Shown: positions 1-7,861, counted from the stretch's first letter. The stretch: 14,245 nucleotides of DNA from Polyangiaceae bacterium (GCA_044222475.1 JBGANF010000176.1:1-14245), one strand, 5' to 3'. Notes: generated by a model from the sequence alone, not told the origin. Program-made: numbers and translations.

Positions 1-340
1 CACAGCCCGGACTCACTCCAGCTTCGAAGCACCGCCCGAAGTCTTGTCCCAACCCTGGCGGCAGGACCCTTCGAAGTCTTGTTCTCACATCCAAGCTTGG
101 AGGCCGGGGGGAGAGGGGGGCGGCAGCCCCCGTTCGGTCTCCGTCTCGGCGCCTTGGCGCCGAACGGAGACGCGTGGGGTGAGGGTGCGTAGCACCCGAG
201 GGCGATGCAATCGCCCTTTGTTAAGTGAACTACGCCAGCGCGTCGCAACTCACTCCAGATGCGAAGCACCCTCACAGCCCAGACTCACTCCCGATGCGAA
301 GCACCGCCCGAAGTCTCGTCCCGACCCTTCACGCGAAGCA
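1..340. repeat. Degenerate direct-repeat block: a 56-bp unit at 1-56 and 273-328, and a 23-bp core at 11-33, 248-270 and 283-305
   Basis: 1-56 and 273-328 match at 50/56 positions with no gaps. ACTCACTCCAGATGCGAAGCACC (248-270) and 283-305 match at 22/23. CGAAGTCTTGT recurs at 37-47 and 72-82, GACCCTTC at 65-72 and 323-330, and GCGAAGCA at 261, 296 and 333. The block may continue beyond the left edge. Confidence 0.85.
90..217. repeat. Cluster of five palindromes/hairpins; REP- or MITE-like structured element of unassigned class
   Basis: TCCAAGCTTGGA (90-101); GGGGGC-GGCA-GCCCCC (116-131); GTCTCCGT[C]TCGGCGCC-TT-GGCGCCGAACGGAGAC (137-171, 16-bp stem with one bulge); GGGTGC-GTA-GCACCC (183-197); AGGGCGAT-GCA-ATCGCCCT (199-217). 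Confidence 0.8.
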
Positions 341-342
341 GC

Positions 343-660
343 TCAGTCGTAATAAATCCGGCGTTTCCTCGGCGGAGGGGGAGGCGGCTCCGGCTCCTCC
401 GGGGGTGCCCCGGCTTCGGCCGGGTCCGGCGGGATGGGCGCGTCGGGATCGGCCTCGCAGTGGCCGACTCGGCAACGCTCGCGCGAGCCGCAGTCCATCG
501 CCGTTCGGCACTGCGCACATCCCCCAGCGACGCAGTAATCGTGGTGATCGCCCTTGGCGCAGGCGATGTCGCTCTTGCACGCGGGGTACACCGGCGCGGC
601 CGAGCAGGCAGCCACGGCGATCGCACCCGAGGCGATAGCCAACATCGTCGCGCGAACCAT
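343..660 (-). CDS. Small Cys-rich lipoprotein with a Pro-rich tail (about 105 aa)
   Basis: MVRATMLAIASGAIAVAA|C is a signal peptide II with lipobox. Eight further Cys follow (YPACKSDIAC...YCVAGGCAQCRTAMDC...RCRVGHCE), then a PEEPEPPPPPPRKRRIYYD tail. Alternative ATGs lie at 672 and 645. The ORF-track start at 762 overlaps the divergent kinase and is rejected. Confidence 0.75.
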   Translation of the reverse strand: MVRATMLAIASGAIAVAACSAAPVYPACKSDIACAKGDHHDYCVAGGCAQCRTAMDCGSRERCRVGHCEADPDAPIPPDPAEAGAPPEEPEPPPPPPRKRRIYYD

Positions 661-733
661 CACGAGCAACATACCTGGGAACGCGCGGACTCGCTGGCAC
701 GTTCCCTTGACGCGGCCAGGGAGGCGGAGTCGT

Positions 734-3496
734 ATGGCGTCCATGCTGAAGTCGGGTGACAAAGTCGCCCACTACACCGTCGAAAAGCTCCTCGGATCGG
801 GGGGTATGGGCGAGGTCTACCTCGCGGTCGACGAGCGGCTCCACCGCAAGGTCGCCCTCAAGATCATGGCCCGCGTCGAGGGCGTCGCCGAGTCGAAGGA
901 GTCCGCCGCGCGCCTGCTCCGCGAGGCGCGCGCCGCCGCGTCGCTCACCCATCCGAACGTCGTGTCGGTCTTCGACGTCGGCGAGTCGGAAGGTCGCGTC
1001 TACCTCGCGATGGAGTACGTCGTCGGCAAGACCCTCCGCGATCTCCAGAACGAACGCGACGGGCTCTGGCAACGCCGACTGCGCTGGCTCGTGGACGCGG
1101 CGCGAGCGCTCGGTGCCGCGCATCGTTCGGGTCTCGTTCACCGCGACATCAAGCCCGAGAACGTGATGGTCCGCGACGACGGCCTGGTGAAGGTCCTCGA
1201 CTTCGGCATCGCGCGCCGCACCGGAGCGAGCGGCGTCGACCCGACGGCCAAGACCGAGGTGGCTCCGGTCGACATCGGCACCCTCACCGGCAAGGGGCTC
1301 GTCGTCGGCACGCCGATGTACATGGCGCCCGAGCAGCTCAAGGGCGGCGCTCCCGATCCGCGCACCGATCAGTTCGCGTGGGGCGTGATGGCGTTCGAGG
1401 TCCTCGCCGGCGAGCGACCTTGGCCGACCAAGTCCGACCTCCTCGCCGCCGTCGCGACGATCCTCACCGAGGCGCCCGAGTCTCTCCGCAAGCGCGCTCC
1501 GGAGATCCCGCCGGCGGTCGAGGCGGCCATCGCCCGCACGCTGTCTCGCGATCCGGAGCAGCGCTTCGAGGACATGGACGAGGTCGCGGACGTCCTCGAG
1601 CCGCTCGCGATTCGCGTCTCTTCGGCCGAGCACATGGCGCTGACCCAGCGCGCGCGCGAGTCGAAGAAGAAGCTACCCCCCGAGGCGCTCGACACCGCCC
1701 CGAGTCAGGTCGCGGAGGAGCCCGACGCCGACGCGACCGACGCGGAGCGCGCGCCCATCACTCGCCAAGCGATGGTGACGGCCAAGTCGCCGCAGCACCC
1801 GAACCAACCCGTCCAAGCGCCGCCGCGCCAGAAGCGGCGCTGGCACTTTCTCCTCGGGATCGCGGTCGCGCTCGGCGCCGTCGTCGTGTGGACGAAGTTC
1901 CGAAAACCCGCGACGCCGACCGTCCCCACGACGCCACCGAGCGCGTCGAGCTCGGCAGCGATCGTCAACCCGCCGCCGCAGACGACGCCGGAGGCGCTCG
2001 CCGCGTTCCAAGAGGGCGTTCAGGCTTGGCGCGACGGTACGGCGGCGCGCAGTCGCACGCGGCTCGAGCACGCGACCGAGCTCGACGCCGCGTTCCCTGC
2101 GCCGCACTTGATGCTCGCCCTCCTCCTCGTCCACAGCGAACCGCCGGAGGCTCGAGCGCATTTTCAGAGCGCGTACTCGTTTCGCGGCAAGCTGACGCCC
2201 TCCGAGGCGGCGCTGGTCGACGCGGTAGAGCCGCTCTTCCGCGCGAGCGCCGATCCCGCCGAGGCCGAGACGCGGCTCGGCAACCTCGCTGGAGGGAGGG
2301 GCAAGGACCCGCTCGTCCTCTACATGCTGGGCTACGTCCAAGAGAGCCGCAGCGAGTTCGAGCGCGCGCGTGAGAGCTTCGACCGCGCGATCGCCCACGA
2401 CGACGGCTTCATCCCCGCGTGGAAGGCCAAGGGGGACGTCGAGCGCCTCATCGGCAGCGCCGACGAAGCGCTCAAGGTGTACGACCAGTGCACGAAGAAG
2501 TCGGCCGCCGCGGCGATGTGCCTCGAGCAGCGCGTGCTGCTCCGCCGCGATCGGGGCGACTGCCAAGGCATGGCGGACGACGCACGCGCGTGGCAGTCCA
2601 TCGAGCCCGACGCCGCGGATCCGAGCTACTACGTCGCGGCGGCGCTCCAGGCCCAGGGGCAGACCCAACAGAGCGTGGAGATCGCGCTCCGCCGCCAGTG
2701 GGAGGCGATGCCCCAGGACGATCGCCCTGCCGGTGAGGCCGAGGACCGCGCGAACCTCGCCATCCTCGCCGGCGACTTCGTGCTCGCCGAGCGGTACACG
2801 CGGGCTTGGGATCTCGCGCGCACGCGGCCCGACGTCATGCTCCACGCGGGGCCGCAGCATCAGCTCGCGCTGCTCGCCTACGAGGCCGGTGACGTCGCGA
2901 CGGCCGCGAAGATCGCGACCGATTTTCTCGCCGTCGCGCCGGCGATGAACCTCGACCCGCTGGGCAGCGATCCGACGGTCTGGGCGCTCGAGTACCAGTA
3001 CCGCGCGGGCAAGCTGAAGAAGGAGGACCTCGACGCCAAGCGCGTGGCCTGGCTCGCCGGGCAGGAGGCTCACCGCGCCGATGCCGAGAACCGGCGCCTC
3101 GCGCCCTTCCGATGGGCGACCGTCTACGCGGGCTTCGCGGAGACCCTCGACGAGGCGAAGGACGCGCTCGATCAGCTGCCCAAGTTCCTCCCGTTCCCGC
3201 CGGACTCGCGGCGCAGCCCCTCGTTCGAGGCCGAAGTCGGGAAGGCGTTCGCGCTCGGCGGCCGCTTCGACGAGGCGATCCCCTTGCTCACGGCGGTCAC
3301 CAAAGCGTGCGTCGCGCTCGGGTCGCCACAGCTCCAGACGCGCGCGTTCTACTTTCTCGGCGTCGCACTCGAAGGGAAGGGAGACCTCGAGGGCGCGAAG
3401 AAGGCCTACCAGGTCGTGGTCGATCGGTGGGGCAACGCGAAGCCGCGGAGCGTCACGGCGGAGAAGGCGCGCTCGCGCATCGCGCAGCTCCAGTGA
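734..3496 (+). CDS. Transmembrane Hanks-type Ser/Thr protein kinase with an extracytoplasmic TPR-repeat region (920 aa)
   Basis: Kinase motifs GSGGMGEV, VALK, HRDIKPEN, DFG and GTPMYMAPE are present. A TM segment FLLGIAVALGAVVVW follows the basic RQKRR. The C-terminal half is helical and TPR-like (e.g. LYMLGYVQESRSEFERARESFDRAI; AFYFLGVALEGKGDLEGAKKAYQVV). ATG 734 follows GGAG; an alternative ATG is at 743. Confidence 0.93.
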   Translation: MASMLKSGDKVAHYTVEKLLGSGGMGEVYLAVDERLHRKVALKIMARVEGVAESKESAARLLREARAAASLTHPNVVSVFDVGESEGRVYLAMEYVVGKTLRDLQNERDGLWQRRLRWLVDAARALGAAHRSGLVHRDIKPENVMVRDDGLVKVLDFGIARRTGASGVDPTAKTEVAPVDIGTLTGKGLVVGTPMYMAPEQLKGGAPDPRTDQFAWGVMAFEVLAGERPWPTKSDLLAAVATILTEAPESLRKRAPEIPPAVEAAIARTLSRDPEQRFEDMDEVADVLEPLAIRVSSAEHMALTQRARESKKKLPPEALDTAPSQVAEEPDADATDAERAPITRQAMVTAKSPQHPNQPVQAPPRQKRRWHFLLGIAVALGAVVVWTKFRKPATPTVPTTPPSASSSAAIVNPPPQTTPEALAAFQEGVQAWRDGTAARSRTRLEHATELDAAFPAPHLMLALLLVHSEPPEARAHFQSAYSFRGKLTPSEAALVDAVEPLFRASADPAEAETRLGNLAGGRGKDPLVLYMLGYVQESRSEFERARESFDRAIAHDDGFIPAWKAKGDVERLIGSADEALKVYDQCTKKSAAAAMCLEQRVLLRRDRGDCQGMADDARAWQSIEPDAADPSYYVAAALQAQGQTQQSVEIALRRQWEAMPQDDRPAGEAEDRANLAILAGDFVLAERYTRAWDLARTRPDVMLHAGPQHQLALLAYEAGDVATAAKIATDFLAVAPAMNLDPLGSDPTVWALEYQYRAGKLKKEDLDAKRVAWLAGQEAHRADAENRRLAPFRWATVYAGFAETLDEAKDALDQLPKFLPFPPDSRRSPSFEAEVGKAFALGGRFDEAIPLLTAVTKACVALGSPQLQTRAFYFLGVALEGKGDLEGAKKAYQVVVDRWGNAKPRSVTAEKARSRIAQLQ

Positions 3497-3565
3497 CGGC
3501 GTCGGAAATTGTTGTAGACCGAACGCAATTCGTCTTGCGTCGCCCGAGCAAATGCCGCATTGAAT

Positions 3566-3582
3566 TGTGACGAGGGTGTGAC
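3566..3582. promoter_or_regulatory. Possible regulator-binding tandem repeat TGTGAC-N5-TGTGAC (11-bp period)
   Basis: Two exact TGTGAC hexamers at 3566-3571 and 3577-3582, in a relatively AT-rich intergenic spacer just upstream of ATG 3589. Confidence 0.3.
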
Positions 3583-3588
3583 ATTTCG

Positions 3589-5100
3589 ATGGCGCAAGGT
3601 GTACTGCCGGCTGTGCCGGCAGGGGCTGGGAGCTCCGAAGAGACCAAAGATTCCGTTTACTTGGCGAAGGCCGAGGTCCGGGTCGAGGTCCATGACGCCT
3701 CCCGGCTCGAGTGGGCCGTCTCGATTCCCCTCCCGGATGGTGCGCCGCTCGATTTCGCGATCGAGCTCGGCGTCGAGATCCCGGCCAACACGTTCGTCCA
3801 ACACTCCCCCTGGGACCAGCTGCAGAAGTACGTCCGCCTCGACGGGCCGGAGGACGTAGCCACCGACGCGGTGCCCACGATCGACGGCTTGCGCCGCGGG
3901 GCGATCGCAGTGGCGAATCGGCTCGCGCGCGCGAGCACCGGCTTCGCGCGCCACTGTCGAGCCGAGGCGTCGCCGTTCGCGAGCGAGGGCGGCGCCGATC
4001 ACATCGCGGCGATGATGACGTGGCTCGAGACCGGCCAGGCGACCGTCGCCGCCGCGCGCGCCCGCCTCGACGCTGCGCCGAAGGACGAGGCGAGCGACCT
4101 CCGCCGCGAGCGCGAGCTCGTCGACGAGTTCCTCAGCGGTCGCTTCGTCGAGCTGCTGGGCGGCGCGGAGCGCGTGCTCCGCACGTCGCCGTTCGCCGCC
4201 GAAGACAAGCGGCCCATCGAGGATCGGATCGCGGTCCTGCTCTCCGCCGAGACGGAGCACCGCGCGGCGAAGCGCTTCGCGTTCGCCGAGCTCCACACCG
4301 AGCGCGACCTCGAGGGCTACCTCGATCGGACGAGCCAGCTGAAGAAGCACTTCCAAGAGGTGCTCTTCCTCGAAGCGGAAGAGGTCGCGGTCGCGCAGCG
4401 GCTGCACCACCTCGTCGCGGCGATCGCCGCGATCCTCGCGTCGTTCTGGGCCTTCATCTTCCAGATCTGGTTGGCGAGCGGATCGACGACGTCGCGGGTG
4501 AGCTCGAGCTTCGTGTTCGTGGCGCTGATCGCCGGGCTCGCGTACGCCGTGAAGGATCGCATCAAGGAGGTCGGTCGCCTCTGGGTGCACTCCAACGTGC
4601 ACCGCTTCTACGCTCAGCGCACCGCGAAGTACCGCGCGCCGCGCAAGGCGAACGTCGGTGGTCCGCGCGAAGTCGTCGTGCGCTCGAAGGAGTCCTTCGT
4701 CCGCGAGGATCGCACGTTGCCGGATCCGCTCAACGAGAACAGCGGCGCGCGCGTCCCGGTGACGGTGCTGCGCTACCGCCAGCGCGGGACCGTCGCACCG
4801 CAGGCGAGCCTCGCTCGGTCCGGCGTCACCCGCGTGAAGCACGTGTTCCGTTACGACCTGTCGCCGCTCTTCACTCGCCTCGACGACGCGACGAAGGCGG
4901 TGCCGGTGTTCGACGCCGACAGCAAGTCGCTGCGCTTCGCGTTCGCCCCGCGTTCCTACCGCCTCCCGATCGAGCTCCGCGTGTCGGTCGGCGGGAGCGA
5001 GCAGGTCGAGCGCATGACGCTCATCCTCACGAAGCGCGGGCTCGACCGCATCGAAGGTCCCAAGACCCACGTCGAGGCCGGCGCGAGACGCGCTCCGTAA
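3589..5100 (+). CDS. Hypothetical membrane protein (503 aa) with two adjacent TM helices
   Basis: Natural amino acid composition and GC3-rich codons. Hydrophobic segments LVAAIAAILASFWAFIFQIWL and FVFVALIAGLAYAV are followed by KDRIKE. No family confidently recognised. Confidence 0.85.
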   Translation: MAQGVLPAVPAGAGSSEETKDSVYLAKAEVRVEVHDASRLEWAVSIPLPDGAPLDFAIELGVEIPANTFVQHSPWDQLQKYVRLDGPEDVATDAVPTIDGLRRGAIAVANRLARASTGFARHCRAEASPFASEGGADHIAAMMTWLETGQATVAAARARLDAAPKDEASDLRRERELVDEFLSGRFVELLGGAERVLRTSPFAAEDKRPIEDRIAVLLSAETEHRAAKRFAFAELHTERDLEGYLDRTSQLKKHFQEVLFLEAEEVAVAQRLHHLVAAIAAILASFWAFIFQIWLASGSTTSRVSSSFVFVALIAGLAYAVKDRIKEVGRLWVHSNVHRFYAQRTAKYRAPRKANVGGPREVVVRSKESFVREDRTLPDPLNENSGARVPVTVLRYRQRGTVAPQASLARSGVTRVKHVFRYDLSPLFTRLDDATKAVPVFDADSKSLRFAFAPRSYRLPIELRVSVGGSEQVERMTLILTKRGLDRIEGPKTHVEAGARRAP

Positions 5101-5123
5101 AAGGCGCTACAAGTGGGCGCCTC

Positions 5124-6833
5124 TTGAGCGTCTCGCGCGATCCGTTCCCGAGCTTCGACGCGCGATGGATCCTCCACCGCGACGCGCAGGTCGTCGTGGT
5201 CGACAAGCCGCCGTTCGTGCCGTCGCAGGCCGCGGATCCGGAGATCCCCGACGATCTCCCGGCGAGGCTCGCCGGGTGGCTCTCGGCCCAGGGAGAGCCG
5301 GACTACCTGGGGATTCACCAGCGCCTCGACCAGGACACGTCGGGGGTCGTGCTCTTCGTCCGCGATCGAGAGCTCAACGGACGCGTCACCAAGGCCTTCG
5401 AGTCGCGCGCGGTGAAGAAGGACTACCTCGCCTGCGTGACCCACTGGCCGCGCGGGCGCGACCAGGTGACGCTCCGTCACACGCTCGCACCCGGTGACGG
5501 TGGGCGCATGGTCAACGACAAGCGCGGCAAGCCAGCGGTCACCCACGTGCGCGTCCTCGAGCGGAGCGGTCCTCGTACCATGTTGGGACTATCACTCGAG
5601 ACGGGTCGCACGCACCAAGCTCGTGCGCAGCTCGCGCTCGCGGGCGCACCCATCGCCGGCGACGTGCTCTACGGCGGCGAGCGCGCGGCGCGGCTCATGC
5701 TCCACGCGGCGTCCCTCGAGCTGCCGCGCGGCACGTTCCCCGGGAAGAGCACGTTTCGAGCGGAAACGCCGGTCGACCTCTCGCGCCACTTCGCGGACGG
5801 GTACCTCGGCGAGCGAGCCTACGACGATCGCGCGGTCGTTCGCCGACGCCTCGATGCGGCGGCGCGACGCCGATACGGTCTCGCGCGCGCGATGCCGGAC
5901 GCCCGGAAGACGACCGCGTTCCGACTCGTGAACGAGGACGGCGATGCGCTCCCGGGCCTCTCCATCGACGTCTACGGAGAGCACGCCGTCGTCCAGCTCT
6001 ACGTCGGCGACGGGGTGTGGGAGACCGGAAAGCGGCGAGACGCCCTCCTCGACGCGGTCTTCGAGCTCGGGTTTCGCGGCGTGTACCTCAAGCTGCGCCC
6101 GCGGCAGGCGAACACCCTCGTCGACACGCGTCGCGAGGACGTCGCCCCGAAGGAGGCGGTGCGCGGCGAATCGGCGGCGCACGAGATCGTGATTCACGAG
6201 GAGGGCGTCCCGTACCGCGTGCGCCTGGGGGACGGCCTCTCGACCGGGCTCTTCCTCGACCAGCGCGCGAACCGGCGGCGCGTGCGCGAGGCGGCTCGCG
6301 GCAAGTCGCTGGTGAACCTGTTCGCGTACACGTGCGGGTTCACCGTGGCGGCGGCTTTCGGCGGGGCCTCGCGAACGGTGAGCGTCGATGCGTCGCTCGC
6401 TGCGCTGGAGCGAGGTCGCGCCGGGCTGGCCGAGATCGGCGTGCCGCTCGCGGGTCACGACTTCCTCGCGGACGACGCGTTCTCGTGGCTCGAGCGAGCG
6501 AAGAAGAAGAGCCAGACCTACGATCTGCTCGTCCTCGACCCGCCGAGCTACTCGACGACGCGCAAGGGGCGGTTCGTCGCCGAGACGGACTACGTCGATC
6601 TCGCGGCGAGCGCGCTCTCGGTCCTGGCACCGGGCGGGCAGATGCTGGCGTGCACGAACCACCGGCGGATCGGGATCGGCAAGTTCCGGAAGATCCTCTT
6701 CGAGGCGGCGCGCCGCGCGGGGCGCGAGGCGCTCCAAGTGAAGGAGCTGCCGACCCCGGCCGACCACCCCGCGCCCGCGGGCTCGGGAGGGGAGTCCCAC
6801 CTGAAATCGGCGTGGGTGACGCTCCGCGTGTAA
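5124..6833 (+). CDS. Fusion of an RluA-family pseudouridine synthase and an RlmI/RlmK-like class I SAM-dependent rRNA methyltransferase (about 569 aa)
   Basis: N-terminal half: VVDKP, HQRLDQDTSG (catalytic Asp), LETGRTHQ, PIAGDVLYG, LMLHA. C-terminal half: AFRLVNEDGDALPGLSIDVYG, TGLFLDQRANR, NLFAYTCGF, DPPSY. The start is placed at the in-frame TTG 5124 and is uncertain. The upstream part of ORF 3711-6833 is a shadow frame of the preceding gene. Confidence 0.9.
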   Translation: MSVSRDPFPSFDARWILHRDAQVVVVDKPPFVPSQAADPEIPDDLPARLAGWLSAQGEPDYLGIHQRLDQDTSGVVLFVRDRELNGRVTKAFESRAVKKDYLACVTHWPRGRDQVTLRHTLAPGDGGRMVNDKRGKPAVTHVRVLERSGPRTMLGLSLETGRTHQARAQLALAGAPIAGDVLYGGERAARLMLHAASLELPRGTFPGKSTFRAETPVDLSRHFADGYLGERAYDDRAVVRRRLDAAARRRYGLARAMPDARKTTAFRLVNEDGDALPGLSIDVYGEHAVVQLYVGDGVWETGKRRDALLDAVFELGFRGVYLKLRPRQANTLVDTRREDVAPKEAVRGESAAHEIVIHEEGVPYRVRLGDGLSTGLFLDQRANRRRVREAARGKSLVNLFAYTCGFTVAAAFGGASRTVSVDASLAALERGRAGLAEIGVPLAGHDFLADDAFSWLERAKKKSQTYDLLVLDPPSYSTTRKGRFVAETDYVDLAASALSVLAPGGQMLACTNHRRIGIGKFRKILFEAARRAGREALQVKELPTPADHPAPAGSGGESHLKSAWVTLRV

Positions 6834-6883
6834 GGTCTCGGGCGAAGGCGCGTTTTCCCCACGAAATCGGAGTGGAGGAATTC

Positions 6884-7861
6884 ATGCGAACGACGCTTTT
6901 CGGGTTCTCGGTGATCGCGGCTGCGGTCCTGGCGGGTTGTGGTGGTGGTGGCAGCGCTTCGTACGCCCCGAGCTCTCCCGGTGGTTATTACGCTCCGGCC
7001 GGAAATGGCGGCTACGGGGGCGGTGCCTACCCGGCCCCGGCCGCCTACGACTCGACTGGCTCGTCCGGTCCGGTCGCGAAGACCAGCGCCGCACCTTCCA
7101 CCGCGGTCGGTCCGGTGGCTCCCCATCCGGTCGACGGCGACGGCGAGCAGGTCATCGTCACCGAGACTCAGCGCCCGGGTCTCGGAACGCAGTGGGGCGA
7201 GACCCGCTACTCCAAGGTTCACGACGTGAGCTTCCTGCGATCCGACGAGATGCATCCGTTCGCGGTCGCGACCCTCAACTACAACGATCGCGCTGGCGTG
7301 GACGCGCTGGCTGCGCGCGAGGCGAACCGTCAGACCGGCTACTTCCGCGAGGTGCCGGCCGGCGGCGGCGCGATCGTCGTGTCGATCCGCGGCGAGAACG
7401 GCGACCTCCTGTCGGCCGTCAAGGTCGGCGATCGCACCTTCGTGATCGGCCAAGAGGGCCAGCGCTACTCGATCGTGATGACGAACCGTACGAACCATCG
7501 CTTCGAGGCGGTCGCCTCGGTCGACGGCCTCGACGTCGTCAACGGGCAGGTCGGCGATCTCCACAACCGCGGCTACGTGCTCATGCCCTACGCGACCGTC
7601 GAGGTCGACGGCTTCCGCCAGAGCCACGAGGCCGTCGCGGCGTTCCGCTTCTCGCGCGTCGCGGACTCGTACGCCGCGCAGACGACCGGTGATCGCCACG
7701 TCGGCGTGATCGGCGTCGCGTTCTTCTCCGAGCGCGGCGACGTGTTCACCGCGCCGTACTACTACGCGCCGATCCCCACGCCGGACCAGACGGATCTCCA
7801 GCTCCGCGAGTCGGCGAGCCCGTTCCCGAACGATCCACGCTTCGCGCGCCCGCCGCACTGA
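6884..7861 (+). CDS. Conserved hypothetical lipoprotein (325 aa)
   Basis: GGAGGA Shine-Dalgarno at 6874-6879 and lipobox MRTTLFGFSVIAAAVLAG|C. A Gly/Pro/Tyr-rich linker leads into a beta-rich domain (GQRYSI...SVDGLDV...GYVL...DGFRQS...VAAFRF...SYAA...VGVIGVAFFSE). Confidence 0.88.
   Translation: MRTTLFGFSVIAAAVLAGCGGGGSASYAPSSPGGYYAPAGNGGYGGGAYPAPAAYDSTGSSGPVAKTSAAPSTAVGPVAPHPVDGDGEQVIVTETQRPGLGTQWGETRYSKVHDVSFLRSDEMHPFAVATLNYNDRAGVDALAAREANRQTGYFREVPAGGGAIVVSIRGENGDLLSAVKVGDRTFVIGQEGQRYSIVMTNRTNHRFEAVASVDGLDVVNGQVGDLHNRGYVLMPYATVEVDGFRQSHEAVAAFRFSRVADSYAAQTTGDRHVGVIGVAFFSERGDVFTAPYYYAPIPTPDQTDLQLRESASPFPNDPRFARPPH

Noticed and set aside
46..226. Integron attC site (GTTAAGT at 220-226 fits GTTRRRY)
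   Set aside because: No complementary inverse core (ACTTAAC-like) upstream, and the region folds as several separate hairpins rather than one long attC stem.
11..305. CRISPR array made of the 23-bp core repeats
   Set aside because: Only three copies, with gaps of 214 and 12 bp; the flanking sequence is itself repeated, and no cas genes are in the window.
554..733. 60-aa N-terminal extension of the first kinase
   Set aside because: It overlaps the divergent lipoprotein gene; the kinase domain begins right after ATG 734/743, and 734 has an SD-like GGAG.
44..759. Plus-strand ORFs 44-352, 225-638 and 259-759
   Set aside because: Arg/Ser/Pro-rich with no motifs; they run through the repeat block or antisense to the lipoprotein gene.
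3711..5123. N-terminal half of the 1040-aa ORF as a giant fusion
   Set aside because: An Arg-rich alternative frame of the 3589-5100 gene; recognisable protein starts only after about 5124.
6017..6883. N-terminal half of the 614-aa ORF
   Set aside because: Shadow frame of the methyltransferase; the real start is ATG 6884, with GGAGGA and a signal peptide.
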